From a virus, in the IMG/VR virus record IMGVR_UViG_3300044998_000260, positions 21,309 through 85,308 of that record: 64,000 bases of DNA. One strand, 5' to 3'. Shown in pieces: positions 36,874 to 46,056 of this stretch. The first letter of the stretch is position 1. Every line of letters starts with the position of its first letter. The position numbers and the translations under genes were made by a program. The notes under the pieces are model-generated. The model had not been told where the DNA came from and did no database searches. It was given only the letters and a program-made list of their open reading frames with translations.

Positions 36874-36945
36874 TGCCCTCATCAGGATTCGAACCTGAAA
36901 TCGGAGTTCCGTAGACTCCTGTGATGTCCATTTCACTACAAGGGC
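36874..36945 (-). tRNA. tRNA-Arg(ACG)
   Basis: cloverleaf. Confidence 0.9.
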
Positions 36946-37020
36946 ATAGTCCGATATTTGTATTGCGTGTCGGAATCAGCACGCTTGCCGTTATGGCTTT
37001 ATGTCAAAAATCTACTTCAG

Positions 37021-37108
37021 TGCGTGTGGAGGGAATTGAACCCCCGACGGGCTTTTACACCAACGGATTTACAGTCCGGTGCCACCAACCAGCATTGGCC
37101 TCACACGC
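37021..37108 (-). tRNA. tRNA-Tyr(GTA)
   Basis: GCGTGTG/CACACGC acceptor, long variable arm. Confidence 0.9.
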
Positions 37109-37184
37109 GACATCAAGTTAAGAATTTGCCAAACCGGCATACTTTCTTGATGTTTCGACTCCAACGAGTCATCATCAGGCGTGT
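37103..37184 (-). ncRNA. type I hammerhead ribozyme; predicted cut between 37109 and 37108
   Basis: ACACGC-CTGATGA-T-GACTC(GTTG)GAGTC-GAAA-CATCAAG..CTTGAT-GTC^GCGTGT. Confidence 0.9.
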
Positions 37185-37196
37185 CCTACTTTTTGT

Positions 37197-37225
37197 ATTA
37201 TACCTAATATCAACTTATTTGTCAA
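37197..37225 (-). promoter_or_regulatory. perfect sigma70 consensus promoter ahead of hammerhead-tRNA-Tyr
   Basis: TTGACA-17-TATAAT. Confidence 0.9.
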
Positions 37226-37230
37226 GCCAA

Positions 37231-37317
37231 CGGAAACGGCCGGAGTCGAACCGACATTGCCTTTTGAGGGGCTTGACTGTTTTCGAAACAGCTTGCTACA
37301 CCAATTGCCGCGTTTCC
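37231..37317 (-). tRNA. tRNA-Ser(CGA)
   Basis: cloverleaf. Confidence 0.88.
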
Positions 37318-37331
37318 AAATTCACTATCAG

Positions 37332-37420
37332 CGGAAAGTAAGGGATTCGAACCCTTTAAACCGTTTTACAGGTTTACTGCTTAGCAGGCAGTTGCACCGC
37401 GCCATCTGTGCCGACTTTCC
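37332..37420 (-). tRNA. tRNA-Ser(GCT)
   Basis: cloverleaf. Confidence 0.9.
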
Positions 37421-37424
37421 AAAG

Positions 37425-37496
37425 CGCCCCAAGAGGGATTCGAACCCCCACTAAAACGTTCGAAGCGTTTCGTGCTCTCCGTTACACTATCGAGGC
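37425..37496 (-). tRNA. tRNA-Arg(TCG)
   Basis: cloverleaf. Confidence 0.88.
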
Positions 37497-37512
37497 ATAT
37501 CACAACATCAAG

Positions 37513-37584
37513 TCCCACTGGCAGGGATCGAACCTGCCTCTCCGGTTCTTCAGACCGGCGCTAATCCATCTCAGCTACTGTGGG
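37513..37584 (-). tRNA. tRNA-Phe(GAA)
   Basis: cloverleaf. Confidence 0.88.
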
Positions 37585-37608
37585 ATATCTTGAACCCACA
37601 CCTATACA

Positions 37609-37682
37609 CAGGTCGGGAGGGAATCGAACCCATCTTTAAGGCAGTTTTGGAGACTGCTGTTCAACCGGAGAACATCCGACCC
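37609..37682 (-). tRNA. tRNA-Trp(CCA)
   Basis: cloverleaf. Confidence 0.85.
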
Positions 37683-37763
37683 ATAGTTTTATGACTTTTG
37701 CGTGCAATTTTCTGTGACAGTTGGCACATAAAACTACACATTTACTAATTTCTTAAATTTTGA

Positions 37764-37838
37764 CGGGATGTACGGGAATCGAACCCGTCTGTTGTCCGCA
37801 GTGACAGTGCGGTGGCCCCACCTTTGGCCCGACACCCC
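37764..37838 (-). tRNA. tRNA-Asp(GTC)
   Basis: cloverleaf. Confidence 0.88.
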
Positions 37839-38368
37839 AATTATTACACAACAATTATCAACATAGGTAAAACAAAAATCCCGCTTTGGCTTTTCTGCCT
37901 CAGCGGGACGGTGACTTCGGGTATTACCGATTATCAAGTTGTGATAATCACTCCAAAATTCACGCCCGCGTTTGGCGCAGACTCAATATTGCGACCGCTA
38001 AAGCGAGGCTTAGCGGCTTTGGTATCGTGTTGTGTATAGTGCCAAATATAAGAACGGGTCATAGTAAATTCCTTTGGGGTTTGATAATACATAGTTGCTA
38101 CGGTTAGAAAACCTCTGATTTTCTATTACTTTGTAAGATATTACACAGTTGGTTGTTTATCAACCTACGTTTCGTAACAGGTTTGTAACACACCAACCAT
38201 ATCGTTCATCTAACTTTAGGTAATGTAGGGGGTAGAAAGGTATTTGTCAAGCCCCCTACGCAGCGTTACTTATCTGTTACAATTCGTCTACGGTTAATCC
38301 ACAGGCAAATAAGATAGAAGATAGTCGCATATGTAATTTTGTTAGATGATAGTCAACGCTTTATTTTC

Positions 38369-38714
38369 TTATTCGTGAATTTCCTTCCAGTGACGTATAC
38401 GATGACAATTACTGCATCGTAACTCACACTTATCTAGTTCTTTTTTCAACTCAGACCAACGAAAAATATAGTTACCACTAATCTTAAATTCTTTTTCGCT
38501 GGGATTTTTGTGATCAAAGTCAAATGCAACGGGATGACCTTTATAACCGCAATCTTTGCAGACGCCTCCGAGATATTTGACCGCTCGTGCTTTTACATCT
38601 GATGCTTTTGTAAGTTTAATACATGTTGAACACTTTACGCGGTCGTCATTGTATTTCTTTTTCGGAACATACTTTGCGCCACAATCACAAGTATAAGTTT
38701 TGGTCAGAATGGCA
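38369..38714 (-). pseudogene. HNH endonuclease with out-of-frame ATG (or non-ATG start)
   Basis: ATG CCA TTC TGA; other frame LTKTYTCDCG..FDFDH..CELRCSNCH. Confidence 0.7.
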
Positions 38715-38770
38715 TATCTCCGATATAAACCGTGCCAGGTGATTATACATATCGGAGGCTCTACTTAATT

Positions 38771-39025
38771 TTAATTTGCTGGAATTACCATCCGGTCATG
38801 GCCAGTGACCACCTGAAGACTCTTGCCAAGTGCAGCGGCTACGTTTCGGAGCTTCGCGACATCAAAGTTCAAATCAATATCACCATACCAGAAGTCTCCG
38901 TCTTCTACTGTGCCTACTACGGCATTTGCAAGTACATGTTCCTTAATCTCAAGAAATCGTCCGGTAAACAGACCGTTCTTGTTCATAAGTTCTGCGGCTT
39001 CTTCCTGCACTTCTTCGTTAAACAT
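38771..39025 (-). CDS. hypothetical protein
   Basis: ORF in operon. Confidence 0.65.
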   Translation of the reverse strand: MFNEEVQEEAAELMNKNGLFTGRFLEIKEHVLANAVVGTVEDGDFWYGDIDLNFDVAKLRNVAAALGKSLQVVTGHDRMVIPAN

Positions 39026-39391
39026 TTAGTATTCCTCGTTAATGTATTCGAGGTAGTGGGCTCCACATAACGGAGGACTTCCGCTCTCGTCTTTCCGTCG
39101 TCGCCCGTAATTTCCACAAATCATGCACGTTAGAGCGGAATCTATCATAATCGTCCGTGCTACACGATTGAAGATGTCTATATGACCACCTTCACCCTTA
39201 ACATACAAGGTGCCATTTTTAATGTCAAGGGTATGAACTGTAACTTGACAGACAGTAGCAGCATCAAAAATAATCTGAACGAATTTATGCCATCCGATAG
39301 GCAAAAAATCGGTTACTTGATGTCTATCAAGTAATTTATTATCGTTTGATAATGTTTTTGAATTGCCGTTTATTACGATGGATCGAATCAT
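39026..39391 (-). CDS. hypothetical protein with CxxC/CxxH
   Basis: TCMICG..LCGAH. Confidence 0.65.
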   Translation of the reverse strand: MIRSIVINGNSKTLSNDNKLLDRHQVTDFLPIGWHKFVQIIFDAATVCQVTVHTLDIKNGTLYVKGEGGHIDIFNRVARTIMIDSALTCMICGNYGRRRKDESGSPPLCGAHYLEYINEEY

Positions 39392-39637
39392 ATTTTATGT
39401 CTGTGGGAAATATGTTATGAAGAAGTAGGACCGGAATTCAAATGTCAACTCTCAATTATCAAATTTCAATGCCTGGTGTCCGAATCAAGTATCAAATATC
39501 AACCGTCCGAAGACTGGAAAATAATAATTACGGAGTTCAATGGCTGAATAGTTTGAGGAGTTTCAATCCTTGAAAGATTTGTGGTTTCCATGTTCTACTT
39601 CAAACATATACATACTTGTCGATACTGTGTTAGCTAC

Positions 39638-40252
39638 CTATCCCACAGACTCTCTGTTTAGATCGGCCAGACCCGCCATTGTAAGGGTTACAACAGTTTC
39701 AGTAGACAATTCAATATACTTTGAGGAATTGATAGTTTCCAAACGTTCCTGAATATCATCAAGACGAACCTGAATATTTTGCAGTATCGTGTGTGCTCCT
39801 GATATCATCTCTTCCGTAAGGAATGGTATAGACATCGTTGCAATATTTCCAAAAGCACGCGCACCACCGCTCTTGTTAATGTCAACTTGACCGGTCTGAC
39901 GAGCGGTAATTTGCTCAACTGTGGGACGTATATTGGCGTGAGAAACAATACGCAAAACCACTGCACGTTGGCCAAGCAGCGCTGCTTGTTCTGTAAGTAG
40001 AGCATCTACGCCTTCTGCTGCATTGATTTGACCAATCGACTTGCGAATTTCCATCAAAGCAACTGATAGTGCCATATACCGTGCAAAGGCTTCGTTGAAG
40101 TGATCTGCTTCGTCATGTAGTTGATTGATCACATCAGGATCATAAATGTTTACTTCCTTATCCAGACGTGTAAGTTGACGGTCGTTGATTTCCTGCAATT
40201 TTGCAGAAACGCGATTGCGAATCTTAGCAGCTCTCCGCAATGTAATTTTCAT
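39638..40252 (-). CDS. helical/coiled-coil hypothetical protein
   Basis: 204-aa ORF, AGGAG RBS. Confidence 0.7.
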   Translation of the reverse strand: MKITLRRAAKIRNRVSAKLQEINDRQLTRLDKEVNIYDPDVINQLHDEADHFNEAFARYMALSVALMEIRKSIGQINAAEGVDALLTEQAALLGQRAVVLRIVSHANIRPTVEQITARQTGQVDINKSGGARAFGNIATMSIPFLTEEMISGAHTILQNIQVRLDDIQERLETINSSKYIELSTETVVTLTMAGLADLNRESVG

Positions 40253-40343
40253 ACAATCTCCTTATTTTGTATAGACAAAAGTATAAAAGGGAACTGATTA
40301 GAAATCAAGTCCCTTTAAATTATACTAATTTATGGTAATACCA

Positions 40344-40652
40344 TCAAATATTTTGAGCCCATCGTCTGAGAATATTTCGTACCTGTCTGTCCGATAGTTG
40401 ATTGACAATTTTTCTTTCCATTGTTAGCACCCATGTCTCAGATGCCTGTGGGTAGAAATAATGCAATGCTTCGTGGATCAATGTTGGTAGTATCGGATCT
40501 CTATGATCGAGATGGATTTCAGTGGGCTTATAGTCAATATAAATTTGACCTCGACGGTGAGGCATTTTACGAAATTTGAAGTCGTGTCCTTCATCTAGAA
40601 ATCTGTATAATTTCCGAGTAAAACGTCCGACATGATTCTTGGTTACAGTCAT
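40344..40652 (-). CDS. HExxH-motif protein
   Basis: LIHEALH. Confidence 0.6.
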   Translation of the reverse strand: MTVTKNHVGRFTRKLYRFLDEGHDFKFRKMPHRRGQIYIDYKPTEIHLDHRDPILPTLIHEALHYFYPQASETWVLTMERKIVNQLSDRQVRNILRRWAQNI

Positions 40653-41014
40653 GACAGGGCTCCAAATGAGGTATAATGATATTTAGTCTGTTAACCTGGT
40701 CTTGCGTTTTTTCTGATAAAAATTACTACAGATATCTAATTTAGTTGTAAAAAATTTAGTCAAGATACACTTCTGGCAGCTTCTAACAAGAAAGTTAGAA
40801 CTAGAAAATAATGGCGCTTCGCTTGTTTTTAAATGTTTTCTTTCTTTGGCCTACCTTTCTTTCTTTTGGCGAGAAGAAAGAACGCAGCACAAATTACCCG
40901 CCGTATTAGAGTGCAATAGGGCGCTAATAATTAGTGCCATCTTTTAGCGTCCGGAACGCCAATGTGGCCGTTTTTTTATCCTACAAGTTGACCTATACGT
41001 TCTCGATCAACCTA

Positions 41015-41278
41015 TTAAAACTCTACTATATCTGAACGTATCCATACAGCCCAACCGTTGTCAAGGGCCAAGTACCAATATGAGGGATCATCTTTGGATC
41101 GTGTCCAGTCATCCATCGGTGGTAATTGATGAATCGGCGCATCATTTGAGCGAAAATAATCAAAAAACCAACAGTTTATATCATACAAAAGTTTTGTTCT
41201 TGATGATTGGACTACGGTTTTTATTGTCTTTCCATTGTGAATAATGGCACCGATATGAACGGTTTTTACCAAGGCCAT
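41015..41278 (-). CDS. hypothetical protein
   Basis: ORF. Confidence 0.6.
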   Translation of the reverse strand: MALVKTVHIGAIIHNGKTIKTVVQSSRTKLLYDINCWFFDYFRSNDAPIHQLPPMDDWTRSKDDPSYWYLALDNGWAVWIRSDIVEF

Positions 41279-41286
41279 AGAAGTTC

Positions 41287-41520
41287 TCAGTAATAAAGTT
41301 TTTTCATTTCCTTGAATAACCGATCAGCGTTTATATCTCGTAGTGTCGGATCATCACCGTCGTTGTAATTATGAGTTTGTTTCCTGTGATGTAAATTCTT
41401 ATGTTCAATTTTATCGGAACTTTCTGTTTGTGAGACAGTCGCCGACGCTTTTCTATTTTTTTGAGCGAGAGCCACCACGGGATCTACACGAGTATGTTTC
41501 TTACCAGTATTTTTGGGCAT
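41287..41520 (-). CDS. hypothetical basic protein
   Basis: start refined to MPKNTG. Confidence 0.55.
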   Translation of the reverse strand: MPKNTGKKHTRVDPVVALAQKNRKASATVSQTESSDKIEHKNLHHRKQTHNYNDGDDPTLRDINADRLFKEMKKLYY

Positions 41521-41521
41521 T

Positions 41522-41803
41522 TTATATTTGGCGAGATCGAGAGAGTTCAAGAATTTGTAATTCCAATTTACGAATGCGATTTTCATGATCGTCAAGTCTA
41601 CGATCCTGTTCAATATTTTTAGTTTCTATAGGCGAGACTCGACGTTCATTATAGTCTACCACCGCTTCGGAAATTGCAGTTTCAAATTTCGTATCTCTGT
41701 TTGAGATGAAACTTTGATTGTTACCGAATATCTCTGCGGTAAATTTATTAAATTCTTCGGTAAGCCGGCCACGGAGAAAAGGTTTATTACTCACTTTTTC
41801 CAA
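41522..41803 (-). CDS. hypothetical protein
   Basis: ORF. Confidence 0.55.
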   Translation of the reverse strand: MEKVSNKPFLRGRLTEEFNKFTAEIFGNNQSFISNRDTKFETAISEAVVDYNERRVSPIETKNIEQDRRLDDHENRIRKLELQILELSRSRQI

Positions 41804-42183
41804 GGCTCCTTGTCATCATCGTCATCATTTGATTCACCTGTAATTTTTTCAAATACTGATTTAATGGCATTAATCTCGTCTGGCGTAAGTGGACCATCGG
41901 GGTCGCCGGCCATCATAGACAACAATTCTTCGAATGAACCAGCCGTGTATTTCCCATCAGCACTTTTCCAAATCTCTGACATGTTGTTATTATCGTCAAT
42001 TTGTAGATTAACATCGGCTGATAGCTTAGTAATTAGTTCTTCGGTTTTTGTCAAGCGTGATAACAGTTCCGGAATCCGTGTCGTGTCACGTGAAACTAGT
42101 AACAGAGTAGCGAATAATACTCCACTAGCAGCGAGGCCTACAATCAGTAATACTAGTAATACTGCGAGAGTTTCTACGCTCAT
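41791..42183 (-). CDS. single-TM protein
   Basis: hydrophobic N-terminus, GAGG RBS. Confidence 0.65.
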   Translation of the reverse strand: MSVETLAVLLVLLIVGLAASGVLFATLLLVSRDTTRIPELLSRLTKTEELITKLSADVNLQIDDNNNMSEIWKSADGKYTAGSFEELLSMMAGDPDGPLTPDEINAIKSVFEKITGESNDDDDDKEPWKK

Positions 42184-42293
42184 ATACCGTCCTCGTTTAA
42201 GTGAGTCTTGTATGGATAATTCAACATGATAAAATAATTTTATCGAGACGGATCAATCCATATCAGAAGTTACCTCTATAAATAGGTCCGGTC

Positions 42294-42785
42294 TTACACA
42301 TAGATTTCAATTTCTACATCTAAACCCCGCAGATACTTTTCCATGAGCGGTTTTACCTCATATTCCCAATTCAATCCGCCCAAACCACATCCTAATTTGG
42401 GGAATGCAATACTACGAATATTCCATTCTTTATGATATCGTACAAATGCTTGAAGGCCGGCTTCAATATATTCAACGCGAGATGGATTGGCCCAATGTTC
42501 TTTGGTGGGAAATAAACAGATCTTTTTATCGGGATCGGTTTTCGGCGTGTAGAACATTAATGTGCCAATTTTTAATTGGCCGGTTTCACATTGCATTTTG
42601 TAAGATTCAAACATCGATGGGTATCGTCGCTTAAAATCCAACGCGATTCCGGCACCCATTACACCTACGGTATTCACGGCATTGACTAAACACTCGGCCT
42701 GGCTATCAAATAAATTACCATGAACATAACGAATATTATCAATGTTCAATTGTTCTGTTTCAACAATGTTTGAATTATTGTCCAT
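42294..42785 (-). CDS. macrodomain ADP-ribose hydrolase (DarG-like)
   Basis: GNLF..VNAVNTVGVMGAGIAL..FPTK.HW..FPKLGCGLGGL. Confidence 0.88.
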   Translation of the reverse strand: MDNNSNIVETEQLNIDNIRYVHGNLFDSQAECLVNAVNTVGVMGAGIALDFKRRYPSMFESYKMQCETGQLKIGTLMFYTPKTDPDKKICLFPTKEHWANPSRVEYIEAGLQAFVRYHKEWNIRSIAFPKLGCGLGGLNWEYEVKPLMEKYLRGLDVEIEIYV

Positions 42786-42795
42786 AAATACAGAA

Positions 42796-43140
42796 TTATG
42801 CAGTAATAAAGTCGGAAATAATGCCTGCGGCGGCTCTGCCCAATTCCTTGAATTCCCCGAGCGTTACACGTTTTTCACCGTTGTATCTCGTAGCATGAAA
42901 TCGCTTTTTTCCGAGAAATTCGACCGTTCCAATAGCGTGTCCATTCAAAAACACTTCGCCGCGAGTTTCAGGATTTTCACGATCTACTTCAATACTCACA
43001 CGTAGTGAATTATAGGTGTCGTGATCAATAACACAACCATACTGAATCTGAAAATCATTTGCAAATCGATTGCGAGCCATATTACCTCTTAAAAAAAGAA
43101 TTTTGTGCAATATATCCGTATCTATATTTCTACCGAACAA
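42796..43140 (-). CDS. hypothetical protein
   Basis: ORF. Confidence 0.55.
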   Translation of the reverse strand: MFGRNIDTDILHKILFLRGNMARNRFANDFQIQYGCVIDHDTYNSLRVSIEVDRENPETRGEVFLNGHAIGTVEFLGKKRFHATRYNGEKRVTLGEFKELGRAAAGIISDFITA

Positions 43141-43508
43141 GTCTCAAAAAAATCATCTCTGGAACTCCACGTGGAGTTGGTATCATGACTAAATTTTACA
43201 GAAACTTCATCACCACGAATTAAAAATCCAATCATATTATTGTTGTGATGGTCAATGAAATAGAACTGTATCCATTTAGATAACCCGAGAATATCATAAC
43301 AAAAATTAGTTGTTACTTTGTGTATACGGGATGGATTATACGAACTTTCTTTTGTGGTACGTATTTCTCTGGTATCTAATATGATTTCGTCACCGACCAC
43401 AATCACGGGAATGACTTCCACGTTTATCGGCAAATACACAGGTTCACTCACGGTCATTGACGTAAAGTGTACACACTGCAAGAATTCGGATATCGGTAGA
43501 TGTACCAA
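43122..43508 (-). CDS. hypothetical protein
   Basis: ORF. Confidence 0.55.
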   Translation of the reverse strand: MVHLPISEFLQCVHFTSMTVSEPVYLPINVEVIPVIVVGDEIILDTREIRTTKESSYNPSRIHKVTTNFCYDILGLSKWIQFYFIDHHNNNMIGFLIRGDEVSVKFSHDTNSTWSSRDDFFETCSVEI

Positions 43509-43561
43509 AATAAAAACCCTCCTGTAATTTTCACGGTGTGAAAATTTTATTCAAGACGAGT

Positions 43562-43975
43562 TTACACATACAGAAGTTCGGTGTGTAATTTGTTTACAAC
43601 GAAAGCAATACATGTATATTCATCTATATCGGTTTGATATGCACCGGGTTTATAAAATATCCACAAATACTTGTATGCGTCTAATCCGTAAATTCTTTTA
43701 ACTTGGTTTATATCGATACGAATATCTCTCGTCGTGATTTTTGGATTTTGGTCGGGCATCATGACATATTCATATTCTCCGCGAGCGAACCGCAGTTGAT
43801 TATAAAAGTTGCATACCTGAGGATTCCACACCGCATGAAACGGCCAAATTGGGGTATCCTTTTTAATTAATATTTCATATACACTATCGTTTTTCTCGAA
43901 TGGCAACAATACCTGTGCCTTTTCAAGAAACAACACCGGTAATGGACGATTCACGGATGCAGGTAAGATCAACAT
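43562..43975 (-). CDS. hypothetical protein
   Basis: ORF. Confidence 0.6.
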   Translation of the reverse strand: MLILPASVNRPLPVLFLEKAQVLLPFEKNDSVYEILIKKDTPIWPFHAVWNPQVCNFYNQLRFARGEYEYVMMPDQNPKITTRDIRIDINQVKRIYGLDAYKYLWIFYKPGAYQTDIDEYTCIAFVVNKLHTELLYV

Positions 43976-43992
43976 GGTTCGTGAGTGGTTAT

Positions 43993-44424
43993 TTATTTGG
44001 TTTTACTTAACACCGGATCAATATCCATGAAAACTACATGTTCTCGTTTCACAATCAATGCATATCGTTGATTGCCGTGTGCATAAAATCCCATGATATT
44101 ATCACGCGCGTCACGCAAATACATGTCGGGATAAAATGTCATTGGTCGCCGCAATTTATGCAAGCCGATAAGCTCCCATCGACTCATAGCAAAATTACAT
44201 TCTAGTACCCAAATCGGAGTGTCCGTAAACACCAAGGCACTCCGATTTTGCGTTTCGGAAAAATCTCCGGAGTTTTGTAAATGTTGCAGAACATCATCCG
44301 TGACGGCGCGCGTGGTGTACCGTTTGGTAACGAACTTGCCATTTTCAGTGATTGTATTTGGACCGTCACCGTCAACCCACGATACAAAATTTATGTCATA
44401 AGCGTAAAGATCATTGGCGGTCAT
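43993..44424 (-). CDS. hypothetical protein
   Basis: start refined to MTANDLY. Confidence 0.55.
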   Translation of the reverse strand: MTANDLYAYDINFVSWVDGDGPNTITENGKFVTKRYTTRAVTDDVLQHLQNSGDFSETQNRSALVFTDTPIWVLECNFAMSRWELIGLHKLRRPMTFYPDMYLRDARDNIMGFYAHGNQRYALIVKREHVVFMDIDPVLSKTK

Positions 44425-44992
44425 CGGCGTCATCGTGGTTGCGATCTTGTTCTTCGAGTTGACGGAGCAACTTTTTAATGGGATCAATTTCCTCGGTATG
44501 TGCTTTGTGAATTGCGTCTTCTTGATCACGCATGGCCTTGTCCTGCATATCCAAATAATCAAGCGTGGCACTGACCGGATCAGCGGGTGCGTCACCTGGT
44601 ATGATTTTATTGTTGTGGCCACGCATCATATCTTCAATGGGGCGTTGCATGTGTTGCTCGAATTCGTATGCGCGTCGAGCATAAACGCCTCGGAGCATGG
44701 CACCGCTGACTCGATTTATCGTAGCCGATACCAACACGTCACCAATGAACAGAATCAACAAAAACCTGACCACGGTGACATTACCCCACCGAACCACGAG
44801 TTCGTCAAATCCGTAATACACGCCAAGGCCGACCACGCCGTAGATGATCAGTAAATGAAACATGATGTTCAGATACATGATAAAGTTCGCGAACGGTGAC
44901 GGATACGGAAAGAACATCAAGCGCAACGTGCGATGGCGTTCAGCACGGCTGGCTCGACCCCATGCAGAACGAAAACCGGAGAGTGCGTTCAT
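44411..44992 (-). CDS. two-TM membrane protein
   Basis: two hydrophobic segments. Confidence 0.6.
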   Translation of the reverse strand: MNALSGFRSAWGRASRAERHRTLRLMFFPYPSPFANFIMYLNIMFHLLIIYGVVGLGVYYGFDELVVRWGNVTVVRFLLILFIGDVLVSATINRVSGAMLRGVYARRAYEFEQHMQRPIEDMMRGHNNKIIPGDAPADPVSATLDYLDMQDKAMRDQEDAIHKAHTEEIDPIKKLLRQLEEQDRNHDDADDRQ

Positions 44993-45033
44993 AATATGTA
45001 GGTAATTAAATGGTATGGTTGATCACGAGCGGG

Positions 45034-45453
45034 TCACACGCAATGATATACCGCATCATCATTAATGTCAAGTTCATCAAAGCTTTCAATTTCCACATCA
45101 TAGGCAATGAAATTTTCATAATGACTGGCAAAGCCGAGCAACCACCCTGTTCCATCATTCATATATCGTGGAAACTCATAAACCATGTACTCTCCAGGAC
45201 GAATCCACGGCATTTTACCAAAATCTTCAGTAATTGGAAGTGCCCACATTTCATGAAGATTGCGGTCGTGACAAAAATATTCTCGCCGGGCAATGAGTTT
45301 TTGCGGTCGCAATTCCAGACACGGCACGTAGTTCACAAATGTGGAATAAATCGGAAACATCACGGCACCGACCGGCACACGCCAGATGATATTGTCGCGT
45401 TCGCGAAACGGATCACGAAACAGACGGGTTGGGAAGCGCAAACTATTGGTCAT
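45034..45453 (-). CDS. hypothetical protein
   Basis: ORF. Confidence 0.55.
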   Translation of the reverse strand: MTNSLRFPTRLFRDPFRERDNIIWRVPVGAVMFPIYSTFVNYVPCLELRPQKLIARREYFCHDRNLHEMWALPITEDFGKMPWIRPGEYMVYEFPRYMNDGTGWLLGFASHYENFIAYDVEIESFDELDINDDAVYHCV

Positions 45454-45549
45454 GTTTCAAAGTTTTCAAATTGCGAATACACCAGTAGACAGATGAACGT
45501 TCGAGCGTTCAAAACACCTATCAAAGCTGAACGAGCCGACCTATCAAAA

Positions 45550-45798
45550 CATTCATCAAAGCTGAACCTTCATCAAAGCTGAACCTTCATCAAAGCTGAA
45601 CCTTCATCAAAGCTGAACATTCATCAAAACATTCATCAAAGCTGAACATTCATCAAAACATTCATCAAAACATTCATCAAAACATTCATCAAAGCTGAAC
45701 ATTCATCAAAACATTCATCAAAGCTGAACATTCATCAAAACATTCATCAAAACATTCATCAAAGCTGAACATTCATCAAAACATTCATCAAAGCTGAA
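45550..45798. repeat. tandem array of nine 17-bp and eight 12-bp units
   Basis: C(A/C)TTCATCAAAGCTGAA and CATTCATCAAAA; flanked by TCAAAGCTGAACGAGCCGA. Confidence 0.97.
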
Positions 45799-46056
45799 CG
45801 AGCCGAAAAAATAGTAGAAAATAGTAGAAAGTCTAGCTGATTTACTCCTGGCCCACATAAAAATTGGCTAGGTCTTTTATCTTAGTAAAAAGATATTGCT
45901 TGAGTCCTAAAAAGTCATCGACTTGTTACACAATCGTTACAATGGGAAAAACTTTCCGCTCATAAGCCTAGAAAATTTATTCCCATTGTCGCAACGATGC
46001 AACAAGTGGTCTCAAAATCCACGCCCACCGCCAAAAACCCCTCAGGACGGAACCAC

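Noticed and set aside
40720-40940. Second amber-readthrough ORF
   Set aside because: An open frame exists through one TAG but lacks an RBS, coupling or protein-like features
45550-45798. CRISPR array
   Set aside because: Units abut with no unique spacers; 12/17 bp too short; no cas genes
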